Source of the DNA: Squalus acanthias | Lineage: Eukaryota | Assembly: GCA_030390025.1 (NCBI GenBank) | Contig: CM059432.1 | Span: forward strand, 142,168,001 to 142,232,000 | Direction of reading: 5' to 3' | DNA: 64,000 nucleotides | Shown here: one piece after another, positions 23,684 to 36,684 of the stretch | How positions within the stretch are numbered: the first letter of the stretch is position 1 | Layout: every line of letters begins with the position of its first letter | The notes under the pieces: model-generated | What the model was told of the DNA's origin: nothing | Seen by the model: the letters and a program-made list of their open reading frames with translations, nothing else | Databases searched by the model: none | Position numbers and translations under genes: made by a program

Positions 23684-25133
23684 CCCAGCCACACTGATAA
23701 TAGAAGCAGAGTTTTACAGCAAAGAGCGAGCCCGTTTGGCCCATGGTGCCTGTGCCGACTCTTCGAAAGAGCTATTTGCCCTGCCCTTTCCCCATTTATA
23801 TACTATTAAAAACTGAGTGTTCGCAAGTCCAATGGGAGTCTGCCTGTAAGTGGTGCTGCAAGGGTCAGATTGAGAGCCATGAATTACAGAGAAGCTGAAC
23901 TAACGTTACAAATCAGCCCCACGGTTCTAATTATAGAATACCAATTTAGTGGAATGTTGCACCATCTGTGACTGCCAACCTAATATTCCTTTTCTAATCT
24001 TCCACACTGTCGCTGAAAGTTAGATTCAGAATTGGTTTCCCATCACCTCCTCCCTCCCTATAATCAGGTGTCAGCCATGGGTCAAAGCTAGCACTCGGTG
24101 ACTTCTACGTTTCCTACATTACAACAGTGTCTACACTTCAAAAGTACTTCATTGGACGTAAAGCGCTTTGGGACGTCCTGAGGTGGTGAAAGGTGCTATA
24201 TAAATGCAAGTTTTTCTTTCAATCAGAAGTTTGTGGGTCTTGAGCACATAATCTAGGCTGTCACTCCAGTGTGGTACTGAGGGAGTGCTGTACTATTCCG
24301 AAGTGTCGTCCTTTCAGAGATGTTAAACTGAGGCCCCGTCTGCCCTCTCAGGTGGACGTAAAAGATCCCATGCCACTATTTCAAAGAGCAGGGTTCCCTC
24401 AACGAACAAAAGCAAAACTGATGATCTGGTCATTATCACATTGCTGTTCATGGAATCTTGCTCTGCGCCAAACGACTGCCGCATTTCCTACATTACAACA
24501 GTGACCACACTTCAAAAGTACTTCATTGGCTGTAAAGCACTTTGGGATGTTCGGAAATTGTGAAAAGCATTATAGAAATTCAATTTCTTGCTTTTTCCCC
24601 CTTCTCTCTCCTTTCTACCTCCCCCTCACTGCTTCATTCTCTCCTCCCCTGACACCCGCCTCGGCGCTTCTCTCCCTCCTTGGTCTAATTATCCTCCTGC
24701 CCTCTAACCCTGATTAACCTGAATACTGCACTAGGCCTTGATTCCTCTGTGTGCAACATCACAGGAGACCAACTAATACCTTTTATTAAAAAATAATTTA
24801 AATTTTTGTGCACTTTTTGTTTTTAAAGCCGTTCTGGATTCTGCTTCTGTTTCTGGTGGGGCAGGCGTACGTGCTAACTGTCAGCATTTCAACCCATGCA
24901 TCAGTGTGTCTCTGTTTCACAAGGAATATCAGCTGTTCTCAATATCAATCAGAATTGTAACTATTTCAGTATAAAAATCTGTAACTTTCCGCAGTATTCA
25001 ATCATATAAAAAGAGACAGAGCAGCTTTAAAATAATTGGATAGCAAGCTTCAGAAACAAAGTTGTCTATTTAAGAATTCACAACACAACACTAAATATAA
25101 AAACAGCAAGAACATAAATCTATAACACAGCAC

Positions 25134-25139
25134 TTTATT
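25134..25139 (-). terminator. Putative distal polyadenylation signal of SLC39A6 (AATAAA)
   Basis: AATAAA on the minus strand followed by a GT-rich tract (TGTTGTGTTGTG); a proximal AATAAA lies at 26756-26761. Confidence 0.5.
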
Positions 25140-25647
25140 GGTCAAAAATAACAGCATTTACTACAAGGAACCGTCTACAACTTCTGCTCCTTCATTACCA
25201 AACAAAGACATGTACCAAACAAGCCCCCAGTGTTTTCATTATACTCTGTCACAGTAGTTTATTCAACATACAGCCTTATCTAAAAGGTGAAAATGATACA
25301 AGGAAGATTTCATACACAGAAAAAAACGTGGCAGTCCAGTCCTTGCCAGTAACATACATTCGTTTTAAATATAACCCCAAATTTCATTTGCAAATCGTAG
25401 GAGTTATTTACGATTAAGTTTAATTGCATGTCTCCACCTTCTACTATTGCCTATTACATAGACAAAGTAAAATGGAATGTAACATCACTCCAATGCAGCT
25501 TATGTGTGAACACTTCTGTTGTATACTGATTATAAATACTTGTAACAAAGGAATGTTTGTAATAATTAAGTTGTAAACCTTCATTTTTCATAACATTAAT
25601 ATTTTACTTTCAAAAAAAATATCTGCCAAGTGTTCTGAACTACCGAG

Positions 25648-26558
25648 TCCAGCTTGTAACAACACATCTGTAAATACAGGCTGCAGTGCATCTTGTAACA
25701 ACACATCTGTAAATACAGGCTGCAGTGCATCTTGTAACAACACATCTGTAAATACAGGCTGCAGTGCATCCTATAACACATCTGTAAATACAGACTGCAG
25801 TGCATCTTATAACACCACATCTGTAAATACAGACTGCAGTGCATCTTATAACACCACATCTGTAAGTACAGGCTGCAGTGCATCCTATAACACATCTGTA
25901 AGTACAGGCTGCAGTGCATCCTATAACACATCTGTAAATACAGACTGCAGTGCATCTTGTAACAACACATCTGTAAATACAGGCTGCAGTGCATCCTATA
26001 ACACATCTGTAAATACAGACTGCAGTGCATCTTGTAACAACACATCTGTAAATACAGGCTGCAGTGCATCCAATAACACCACATCTGTAAGTACAGGCTG
26101 CAGTGCATCCTATAACACATCTGTAAGTACAGGCTGCAGTGCATCCTATAACACATCTGTAAATACAGGCTGCAGTGCATCCTATAACACATCTGTAAAT
26201 ACAGACTGCAGTGCATCTTGTAACAACACATCTGTAAATACAGGCTGCAGTGCATCCTATAACACATCTGTAAATACAGACTGCAGTGCATCTTGTAACA
26301 ACACATCTGTAAATACAGGCTGCAGTGCATCCAATAACACATCTGTAAGTACAGGCTGCAGTGCATCTTATAACACATCTGTAAATACAGGCTGCAGTGC
26401 ATCCAATAACACATCTGTAAATACAGGCTGCAGTGCATCCAATAACACATCTGTAAATACAGGCTGCAGTGCATCCAATAACACATCTGTAAATACAGGC
26501 TGCAGTGCATCCTATAACAACACATCTGTAAGTACAGGCTGCATTCCAGCTTGTAACA
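25648..26558. repeat. 36/39-bp minisatellite, about 24 copies (ACACATCTGTAAATACAGGCTGCAGTGCATC plus short variable linker), in the SLC39A6 3' region
   Basis: Direct reading; bounded by the direct repeat TCCAGCTTGTAACA. Confidence 0.95.
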
Positions 26559-28107
26559 CTAATTTCAACATTAAATCCTGAAGGGAGACCCCGTGCATCT
26601 TTCATGCTGCATTCTGAAAGGACGATACCGCGATCGCCAACGTCTGCTGTTCTATTGTCTACAGAATGCGGCCGAGCAGAAGCTTTTCCTTCAAAATTCG
26701 CAACTTTTTTTTTTTTTTTTTAACAACATTGCTCTGGAATTCTACACTCCCAGATTTTATTCCATAAATAAAATATAATATCCAAGTACACGGTTCTAAA
26801 AATTGGCATTTCCTTACAGCATCGAATGTCTCCCGTCAGAGGACTTTGGATAAGAGCTAGACATTAAAAAAAAGTACATTCAATTTAGGAAAAACAAAAC
26901 ACCAATAAGCAAAGGCACGATGGGCCGAATGGCCTCCTTCGGTGCTGTATTATTCTATAAAGGTAAAAATTCAAATCACAGTTTAGCACTATTAGCAACA
27001 TAACATGTCTTCTCCTGGAACAGTCATATTATCTTTCTTTATATACATAAAGAGCAAAATGGTTTCACTAAAATGAAGTCCAGTAACAATAACTGAGCCG
27101 CTGTTTTTCCGTGTGCAGCAATCACTGGGGGATTGATGACTTTTAGGCATTTTGCATATGATGAGTTACCCTTTCTCCTCACTGGATTTGTGTCAACCAT
27201 TGTTTTGACGGAAAAGTATAAGGCTGCCGTTAGAATTTGCGATTGCGTTAACCGAAGGAATAAATCCTTGGTTACTAGTGGAAAGTAAACAAAAGTCAAG
27301 AACCAAGTTATATAAACAAGTTGAGGGCCTGTGGTATTGCACAGAAAACAGAAGTTCCCCTGTAACTGTCTCTATTTCTCTCTTTATTCATTTTTTGTGC
27401 CCCTTTTTGTGTTTTAATCTTCCAAGCTCTCTTTATTTGGCTCTCAGTTTCCCTCACGGTTATCACTGTACCCGTGTCACTGACACTTCAGATTCTGTTA
27501 AACAACTGTTCGTCAATCTGTTTCCCTGTAACTGTCTCCATTATGTACCTCACACGTCACTTAACTGATGTATAAAATTGTACGTTTTAATTTTTTTTCC
27601 CCCAGAAGTGGAGAGAATGTAGCAAAATGGGCCTAGCCGGAGTTCCATCTCTTGGTCAGGTGGGGGGAGGCCGGGTTAGAAATACAGAACGTGGAAGATC
27701 TCATGGCCAGCTGTGGTCACGAGTCTGTCCCGTCCGGGTTCCCGCTGCCCTGCCGATTGTAACCGATAATGTGCCTCTCTTCAAGGTACTGGTCCCAGTT
27801 TGACCTTTATGAGGCTGAAGATATGTTAGTGCAAGAACATGCACAGGTGTAAGAAAAACTGGGGGTTGAGCTGTGGGCTGGGTATAGGAGTAAGGGGTTT
27901 GGGCCTGGACTGGGAGAAAGCATGGGTGTAGATTTAGGCAGAGGCTGGGAGGGAGCTATCATGGATCATGGTGTCACATCATTACCATGGACCAATCAGC
28001 CTCACTACATTATTACAATCGTACAATAGCACAGACAGTAGATAAATAAATAAGACGTGAATCTAGTACTTAAGAGTACCTACAGGCTTCAGACGCAAGC
28101 AAAAACA

Positions 28108-28260
28108 TCACAGTCTTACAATTGACAAAATTTTATGTTCAAATACAGCAATAAGCAGCATGATACCAAACCCCAGGAGCATTCCAGCATTCTGCAAAAG
28201 GAAGTATGCCCCGTGGCTGTAGTCATGGTCACCAGCGTCACCGTGAAGCATTTCAGGAAC
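28108..28260 (-). CDS. SLC39A6: SLC39A6 last coding exon (VPEMLHGDAGDHDYSHGAYFLLQNAGMLLGFGIMLLIAVFEHKILSIVRL*)
   Basis: Matches the ZIP6 C-terminus; TGA at 28110-28108; summed CDS is 2196 nt (731 aa plus stop). Confidence 0.96.
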   Translation of the reverse strand, partial: VPEMLHGDAGDHDYSHGAYFLLQNAGMLLGFGIMLLIAVFEHKILSIVRL

Positions 28261-28504
28261 CTGCAGGAATAAATCGGAAGGCAAGCGGAATTACTCATTT
28301 TTATATTACAGTTACGCTATAGTTCAAAGCAGTGCGAGATGCCGACCTTTGTTCGGAACCGAAAGAAGAGTTACTATTCCGTCCGGACATCATGGTCACG
28401 GTTACAAGAATAAAGGTTGGGACAGTGTCAACGTGGAACAGGCACCAGGCCCTGGTGGCTTGCACCCTAGAATACTGAGGGAGGAAACAGCAGAGATTCT
28501 GATT

Positions 28505-28575
28505 CAATGTTCCCTTTAAGCGGTGCGGGATTTTGAATGGGCCGCGAGGCTCAGAATAAATTATAGGGAATATTG
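28505..28575. mobile_element. 71-bp hAT MITE of the same TIR family as 9965-18491
   Basis: CAATGTTCCCTTTAA ... TTATAGGGAATATTG; degenerate 8-bp TSD TTCTGATT / CTCTGATC. Confidence 0.7.
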
Positions 28576-29369
28576 CTCTGATCACAATCTTTCAAATCTT
28601 TGAATATGAATGTTGTGCCAGAGGACTGGAGGGTTGCCAATGTAAGACCACTTGTTCAAAAAGGGAGAACGGGATAAACTGTGTAACTACAGACTAGTCA
28701 GCCTAACATCAGCAGTGGGCTATAACATGGGATAAAATTAATACTCACCTGGAAAGATGCAAGGTAATCAAGGATAACCAATATGGATTTGTAAATGGCA
28801 AGTTATGTCTGACAAATTTAATAGCGTTCTTTGAAAAAATAAGAGAGTGTACTAATAGAGGAAATTCAGAGGATATTTGATAAGGTGCTGCTTGTTGATA
28901 GTTAGGTAAACGGTACTAGGTGTCAGCCGTGGCTCAGTGGGCAGCACTCTCACCTCTGAGTCAGAAGGTTGTGGGTTCAAGTCCCACTCCAGAGACTTGA
29001 GCACAAAGATCTCCTTCCTACTGAGGGAGTGCTGCGCTGTCAGAGGTGCCGTCTTTCGGATGAGACGTTAAACCGAGGTCCCGTCTGCTCTCTCAAGCGG
29101 ACGTAAAAGATCCCGCGGCACTACTTCGATAGAAGAGCAGGGGAGTTCTCCCCGGTGTCCTGGCCAATATTTATTCCTCAACCAACATCACTGCCTGACC
29201 AGGAACAGTTGGGGAATCCATAATAGCATTTAAAAGGAAGCTTGAGAAAGAGAAGAGAAATTTGAACGACAATGGGGAGGGGAGGGCAGGGGGATGGCAC
29301 TGAGTGAGTGGATAGCTCCTTTCAGAGTGGTGGGCCGAACGGCCTCTTTCTGTGCTGTAAAATTCTGTG

Positions 29370-29780
29370 ATTTTCTTGGCATGAATGCCAACAGCCTAAG
29401 AAATAAAATGGGTGAATTAGAGGTGAAGCTTAACAGGGAGCCAATAGTGAGAATCACTGAAACCTGGCTATTGGATATGGACAAGTGGGAAACAAATCTG
29501 CAGGGTTGCATGTGCTTTACCGAGAATAGAGAAGGAAAGAAAATGGGGTGGGCACTGTTCATCAGGAAAGGTTTGTACATTGTCGAGAGGAAGGGTCCAG
29601 GAATTGGCACAGAGTGTCTTTGGGTGGATGTGGAAGATGCACTGCAGTCTGTATTTACAGATGTGTTATAAGATGAATAAGGTTAGTGGTAGTGGTAGGA
29701 ATATGTCACAGAACATCAGAAAAGAAAACAAAGATGGGTCTATTGCTGTGGGTGATCATAAGATTAATTGGGACTGACGG
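29370..29780 (+). mobile_element. Old CR1 endonuclease-domain fragment
   Basis: NANSLRNKMGEL...ITETWL...LWV...CY...GD..INWD resembles CR1 AP-endonuclease motifs; frameshifted. Confidence 0.7.
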
Positions 29781-30726
29781 TGGGCACACTCTACTCATAG
29801 AATGATACAGCACAGGAGGCCATTCGGCCCATCGTGCCTGTGCCTGCTCTTTGAAAGAGCTCTCCAATTAGCCCCACTCCCCTGCTCTTTCACCATAGTC
29901 CTGACAGAATAATTCTACTATTAATTTTAATTATTTCTTCAATGAAATTGAAATTGTATAAAAACACCTGATGTGCTGGTTTATTAAAACTGCTTAATTG
30001 AAAATGAGAGAATTTTTTACGAACAAAAAAGCAACTTTATCTGAGCAGGAGCAGAGTGTCCTTTTTCTTAAAACAGGTGAGGGAACCCACAAGGGGGAAG
30101 GAACGATTTGATTTGCTCCAAACTAATGGGAATGGCGATAATAAGCCACGTTGCACTAAGGGGATTTTTGGGGTCTATTGATGAGCGAGGACAGAACAAA
30201 TAATAAAAGCTATTAAGAAATTGAATTTCAGAAGCAGCCTTCAAGGGCATGAAATGCATCAAAGGAATTAAAGGGGAAGAATTATTTAAATAGAAGGAGT
30301 GGGTGGGAAAGAGATTGTTTAAGGACACATTTTTTTTACATTGCAGAGGCAGCTTAATCGCAGAAACACGACCAGAACCAAACAGGAGAGCAAAACCAAC
30401 ATGAAAAAGGATATCACAGAAGGCATTAGGGAGAAAAAGGTGTATAAAATTTTAAAATGTACGGGGAAGGAACAGGATAGAGAGAATCAAACAGAGAAAG
30501 GGCAAGTAATGGATGACACAGTGGAAAACTAAAACATTCTTCAGATACATCGGAAGCAATGAGAGGATGCAGAGGGATATTGGACAGTTTATCAGGAGGG
30601 GCAACAGTGCCTGAGGTGAAAGAAAGTGGTGGAATTACCGAAGAAAAGAAAGACTGGCATTTATATAGAACAGACTGCAGCAATGCTCTAGAAATACAGC
30701 CGATAACAATGTTCCATAAACACATT

Positions 30727-31476
30727 GGGCCGTATATTCCGATCCCTATGGGTGTGTACGAGCTGTGTACACACCCGTAGGGACATCGGAAATGCCGGTT
30801 TCAGGCACGCACAGCGCATGCGCTGGAAACCAGCATTTCCGATCTGTCAAGAATGCTCTTAACAGATCGGACGCCTGCCCTGGAGAAGGGCCTCTGCGGG
30901 CGGAGATCTCCGCTTTCTGCAGAACCTCCGCCCACTGAAAACACTTAGAAATCTTACGCCTGGTAAAAGCGTAAGGCCTGCTTTTACTAGCATAAGAGTT
31001 GAAAAAAAGTTTTAAAAAAATTTCCCACTCATTTATCATTTAAAAATACTTTAAAAAAGGTACGTTTATTTTTAGCCCCGTAAAAAACTAATAATTTTTT
31101 CAAAAAATTAAATTTTTGTTTAAAATATTTAATTTATTGTAATTTCAACTCATTTTAAATGTGATTTTTTTTCAAATGTATTTAATGTTTTACAGTGTTT
31201 TTGGGGTGATCTCCATTCATATATTTGACAGGTCTATCTGTCAAGTGTATGAAGGGAGATTCCCTTCTCCTATTGGCTCCCCATGGCCCACGTGATCCCA
31301 GGGACGCTTGCGAATTGCCTGCGCCTCTGGGATACCTGGGCCCTGCACATTTCCAGTTGGAGAGGCCCAGGAGCGGAAGTATACGGACCTCGGGAGCCCT
31401 CAGGTAAGTCCGTAGATTTTATCCAGATTCCGGAGGCCTCCGCACGCAGGAAGCCTCCAATCGGAAAATACGGCCC
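30727..31476. mobile_element. MITE with 3-bp TSD (PIF/Harbinger-like)
   Basis: TIR GGGCCGTATwTTCCGAT at both ends; ATT direct repeat flanks; AT-rich core. Confidence 0.75.
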
Positions 31477-32040
31477 ATTGTGTAACGATACTCTGTAAAT
31501 ACGATGCTCTACAAACCTTGTATTGGAAACCATAGAAAAAATGTTACAGTGAATGGATTATTGTCAGTATGTACAACAGATCCCATAGCTGTCACTGTAT
31601 ACTTGTTTTCCTCCAATTCTGGCCTCGAGCATCCCCGATTTTAATCGCTCCACCATTGGTGGCCGTGTCTTCAGCTGTCTGGGCCTTAAGCTCTGGAATT
31701 CCCTCCCTAAACCTCTCCGCCTCTCTCTCCCCCTTTAAGACGCTCCTTAAAACCTACCTTTGACCAAGCTTTTTGGCCATCTGCCCGAATATCTCATGTG
31801 GCTCGGTGTCAAATTTTGTTTGATAATCGCTCCTGTGAAGCGCCTTGAGACGTTTTACTACGTTAAAGACGCTATATAGATAAAAGTTGTTGTTGTTTAT
31901 GAGTTTCACTAGAACAGAGGATAACCCAACAAAAGCACTTTGGGGTGTTTTACTACGTTAAAGGTGCCATATAAATGCAAGCTGTTGTAGCAGTAAAGAC
32001 AGAGAAGTTGTATTAATAAAGTAGCGTGGTATATACGTAC

Positions 32041-32231
32041 CATATCAACCAGGGCCACGTACAAGAACAGACCAGCAGTAACAGCAAAGATCCACGTGGA
32101 GACATTTTCAGCATAATGGCCAATGGCCGTGCCAGTTATCATGCCCAGGTATCCCAACAACGCAGACAGGACATTGTACAGAACAGCCTGCTTGACGGTC
32201 ATTCCAGCCTTCAACAGCACAGCAAAATCAC
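32041..32231 (-). CDS. SLC39A6: SLC39A6 coding exon 8 (GDFAVLLKAGMTVKQAVLYNVLSA...FLYVALVDM), TM6-TM7
   Basis: Strong ZIP6 match; GCAG acceptor, ATG|GTACGT donor. Confidence 0.97.
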
Positions 32232-33031
32232 CTGCATGCAGAGATAGTGTGAAGCATTTTTGGAAATCAATTTTCAAACCTCAGTGCTTTCTAAATGATT
32301 TGCTGCCTTATATTATAAGCTCCACCTCCATACTGTGTCACGCATTGACCCGAGTGTGCAGCCTTGTTGTCTTGCAAGCAGCCAACTTGCATCTCAGTAA
32401 GTTAGACGTGGCTTAGTCGGTAGCACTCTCGCCTCCGAGTCAGAAAGTTGTGGGTTCGAGTCCCACTCCAGAGACTTGAGCACAAAATCTAAGCCAACAC
32501 TCCAATGCAGTACCGAGGGGAGTGCTGCACTGTCGGAGGTGCCGTCTTTCGGATGAGACGTTAAACCGAGGCCCCGTCTGGCCTCTCAGGTGGACGTAAA
32601 AGATCCTACGGCCACTATTTCAAAGAAGAGCAGGGGGGAGTTCTCCCCGGTGTCCTGGCCAATATTTATTGAAAAACTGATTATCTGGCCAGTTATCACA
32701 TTGCGGTGTGTGGGAGCTTGCTGTGCGCAAATTGACTGCCGCTTTTCCTACATGGCAAGTGACTAGACTTCAAAGAGTGCTTTGGGACATCCTGAGGTCA
32801 TGAAGAATAGATAAGACATAATAAGATACAGGACTATGGGAAGAGATCAGGGCAATTAAATTACCTTGGCAGTACTGGTCGAAACATGATGGGGTGAATG
32901 GCCTCCTTCTGTGCTGTAAAGCTCTGGGGTCCTATGAATGTGCCTGCTAATGGTAGGGCAATTCTACCTTGCTACTCTGATTGCAACTACAGTCAAATGT
33001 TGCTGTTGTGTAGATTTTGTTTTACACTTAC

Positions 33032-33112
33032 CCAGTTCATGTGGCAATTCATGACAGAATACAGCAACAGATGTGCTCAATCCACTGGACAAGCCTCCAG
33101 TAAAAGCAGCTC
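33032..33112 (-). CDS. SLC39A6: SLC39A6 coding exon 7 ([27 protein letters not shown]), TM5 HEXPHEXGD motif
   Basis: LIV-1 signature; 81-nt exon, TTTAG acceptor, G|GTAAGT donor. Confidence 0.97.
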
Positions 33113-35456
33113 CTAAATACAAGATTGAAATATTTATTATGCTGCGGTTAAAAAAAAAAAATGAAATTTAAATACACGGAGCTGAACGTAAAATATGTAG
33201 CATAATATCAATGTACATTATGCTGAACTTAAAAAATAATTTATTCTAATCACCCAGAAGGAATTTAAAAATCCTACTTTCATGCAATTGGGATCGCATC
33301 TTTTCAAAATCAAGTCAGTTTCTCGCCTCAAGATCAAGATGCATTCAAAGTAGAGTCAAACTGCAATGGCCGGGAGAAGTATTTAACAGAGTAGAAGCTG
33401 CTGTTCCTGAATGTTTCCAATGGCTGAAGGGCCGATAACCAGAGGGCACAGATTTAAGGTGACTGGCAAAAGAACCAGAGGCGACATGAGGAAACTTTTT
33501 TTTTTACGCAACGAGTGGTTAGGATTTGGAATGCACTGCCTGATAGGGCGGTGGATACAGATTCAATAGTCGCCTTCAAAAGGGAATTGGATAAATAGTT
33601 GAAGGAGAAAAAATTGCAGGGATATGGGGAAAAAGCGGGGGGAGTGGGTCTAACTGGATTGCTCTTCGAAAGAGCCGGCACAGACTCGATAGGCAGAATG
33701 GCCTCCTTCTGCCTATCGAGTCTGACGAAAGGTCTTCGACCTGAAACGTTAACTCTGTTTCTCTCTCCACGGATGCTGCCTGGCCTGCTGAGTTTTTCCA
33801 GCGTTTTCTGTTGTTATTTTGGCCTCCTTCTGTGCTGTACTATTCTATGATTCTATGAATTCTGTATCCAGTTCCCACTCCCTGCACAACACTGTGCTGC
33901 AGACTTTCTGCATCAGGAGGGGGTAGGGGAGAGAAGAGCTTGAGGGGCACGGGACTTAGTTTGAATGCTGAAAATTATAATAAAGGGGAACAGCAATTTT
34001 GACCTGAATTTGTAGGTTTCAAATCATTTAGATTTCTATTCGGTTTTTTTTAAAAAACAGATTTTCAACCAGAGCTGCTGTCTTTAATGTCCTGTGAACT
34101 TGCACCTCAAAATCCATCTGATCTTCCACACACCAAGCCTATTTTCATTCAGAGTATAATTACTGCTGTTATTTTTTTTACCAAAATGCATCACCTCACT
34201 TTACCCAGAGAGTGGTGAGAATATGGAACTCGCTATCACATGGAGTAGTTGAGGCGAATAGCATAGATGCATTTAAGGGGAAGCTAGATAAACACACGAG
34301 GGAGAAAGGAATAGAAGGTTATGCTGATAGGGGGAGAGGAAGTAGGGTGGGAGGAGGCTGGTGTGGAGCATAAACACCAGCATGGACCAGTTGGGTAAAT
34401 GGCCTGTTTCTGTGCTGTAAAATTCTATGCATGTAAATGTTTAGTGTCAATTTTCATATATTTCAACAATTCCACCTTGAACTTCACAGCATCGTACTTC
34501 TGTTATTTATAACACGGAGAAAAACATATGAGGAAACATTTATTTTTAAACTCAGTGAGTTGTTGTGATCTGGAATGCGCTGCCTGAAAGGGCGGTGGGG
34601 AAGCAGATTCAATAATAACTTTCAAAAGAGAATTGGAGAAATACTTGAAGGGAAAAAAATTGCAGGGCTATGGGGAAAGAGCAGGGGAGTGGGACTAATT
34701 GGAGAGCTCTTTCAAAGAGCCAGCACAGGCACGATGGGCCAAATGGCCTCTTCTGTGCTGTACCATTCTATGATTCTATTCTATATTTATCTTCTGTATT
34801 CGTGAAATTAGTTATGCAGACAGCAAGCCAAGCCCCATACTGAATGAAACCGACTTCCCAACCATTTTAAATCTTCAACTTGCCAGCACCTGCTACATTT
34901 CTATCGCGATACATGGTGCTTGTAGTTTACTGTATTGGAAGCGATGGAACACTGCTTTTTAATTTTTATTCGTTCCTGGGATGTGGGCGTCGCTGGCAAG
35001 GCCGGCATTTATTGCCCATCCCTAATTGCCCCTTGAGAAGGTGGTGGCGAGCCGCCTTCTTGAACCGCTGCAGTCCGTGTAGTGAAGGTGCTCCCACAGT
35101 GCCGACTTTGTCGCTGCGGTTTGGTACAACTGAGTGGCTTGCTGGGCCATTTCAGAGGGCAGTTAAGAGTCAACCACATTGCTGTCGCAGATTTCCTTCC
35201 CTAAAGGACATTAGTGAACCAGATGAGTTTTTACGACAATCTGGTAGTTTCATGGTCACCATTACTGATACTAGCTCTTTAATTCCAGATTTTTTATTTA
35301 ATTAATTGAACTTAAATCCCCCCAAGCTGCTCTGGTGGGATTTGAACTCACGTCTCCAGATTATTACTACCAGGCCTCTGGATTACTAGCCCAGTAACAT
35401 AACCACTATGCTACCGTACCCTCGAGTTTTTTTTAATGAGTGCAAAAAGGTCTCAC

Positions 35457-35840
35457 CAATGGCTAAACCATCGCTAAAGTTATGGAGTCCGTCGCCCATT
35501 ATCACCATCCAAGCCAGGGTTGCAATTCCTGCGTTCTTCAGCTCCTCCTGGAAGTAGTAGTGGCCGTGACTATGGGGGTGGTGGTTCTGATGGTGATGAT
35601 GATGCAGGATGTGATGGTAGTGGTGGTGGTGGTGATGGGAATCATCGGCATTGCCGATGGTGTCGTGGAAATGAGAGTGGCACTTGTTCTCGCATCCCCT
35701 GGGCACGTACGTGTTGTAATTCCCTTCAGGGTGAGCATGGGCGATCATAACCTCTTGTTCTGGAGTTAGCGAGTTTTGACTGTGATCTCGAGAGTGAAGA
35801 TTTGACTGATCCTTAGATTCAACCAGAGAGTCATCCGGAT
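35457..35840 (-). CDS. SLC39A6: SLC39A6 coding exon 6: His-rich loop and TM4 (HHHHHYHHILHHHHHQNHHPHSH...AWMVIMGDGLHNFSDGLAIG)
   Basis: VMIAHAHP...YVPRGC.NKCHSHFHDT is characteristic of ZIP6 rather than ZIP10; canonical splice sites. Confidence 0.97.
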
Positions 35841-36324
35841 CTGTGAATATTAAAAAAAAAAGCATATATCCAACATTTCAAAAAAGGCGTATTAAAAAGA
35901 AAACGAAATGGCAAAAAAGAAACATTCAAGATAGATTTCATTACAACTGTGAGTACCATAGGAGGCATTCATTTAAAATTAAAAGAAAAATTTAACATAA
36001 TAGATATTTTTTTTTAAAATAGGAGGAATTATATGCAAGCCGACCTACAAAAAATAGCTGCTTTCAATGAAAATCGGGAGATGTGTAACAAGCACTTGAA
36101 TCAATATCGTCCGTTTTACACTTGCACCCAAAGTCAAAATTATCCCCCTTATGTTTAAAACCTTGGGTCTTATTCATTGAATGTTATTTTAGGTGCTGAC
36201 TGAATTGTCCTCTGCTCACCACAGCTTTTGTCTCCTATTTCTCCACCTGCCACCATTTGCTTTGTCCATGCCTGCCTTCATTTTATTCTCCCCACCCCCC
36301 ACCCCACCCACTTCTATTACAATA

Positions 36325-36684
36325 CAGGAAACTCTCTTTTAACCGACACCTAAATATCCGGAAATCTCTCTTAACCGGCAAAATTCAGGAGTAGGTTCAG
36401 GTAAGTTTTACTATATATTAGTGGCCGTGTAACCGGGGTTCCTGGATCTGTGGCCATGTAACAGGGACTCCTGCACAAGTGCCGTGTAGCTGGGGCTCCT
36501 GCACCTGTGGCCGTGTAACCGGGACTCCTGCACAAGTGCCGTGTAGCCGGGGCTCCTGCACCTGTGGCCGTGGCCGTGTACGGGGCTCTTGTACCTTGGT
36601 AAGTATAACTCTCTGTAATCCGGACTTTTTGATCAACCGGCACCACGCCGGTCCCGTCGGTGCCGGTTAATAAAGAGTTTCCTG
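36325..36684. mobile_element. Tc1/mariner (Tigger-like) MITE
   Basis: TIR CAGGAAACTCT...TTAACCG, TA TSD at both ends, internal short tandem duplications. Confidence 0.8.

Noticed and set aside
25648..26558. CRISPR-like array (constant repeat of about 31 bp with variable linkers)
   Set aside because: Linkers are only 5-8 nt and recur, so they are not unique spacers; eukaryotic context with no cas genes.
25648..26558. MRE cores in the 3'-UTR array
   Set aside because: Units read TGCACTG, which does not fit TGCRCNC.
28925..28995. tRNA gene-like A/B boxes (also near 1660, 32405 and 55500)
   Set aside because: Heads of tRNA-derived SINEs that continue into the Deu core; not tRNA genes.
35457..35840. 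Assignment to SLC39A10 (ZIP10)
   Set aside because: The loop sequence VMIAHAHP...YVPRGC.NKCHSHFHDT and the TM3 sequence WKGLTALGGLYFMFL are ZIP6-type.
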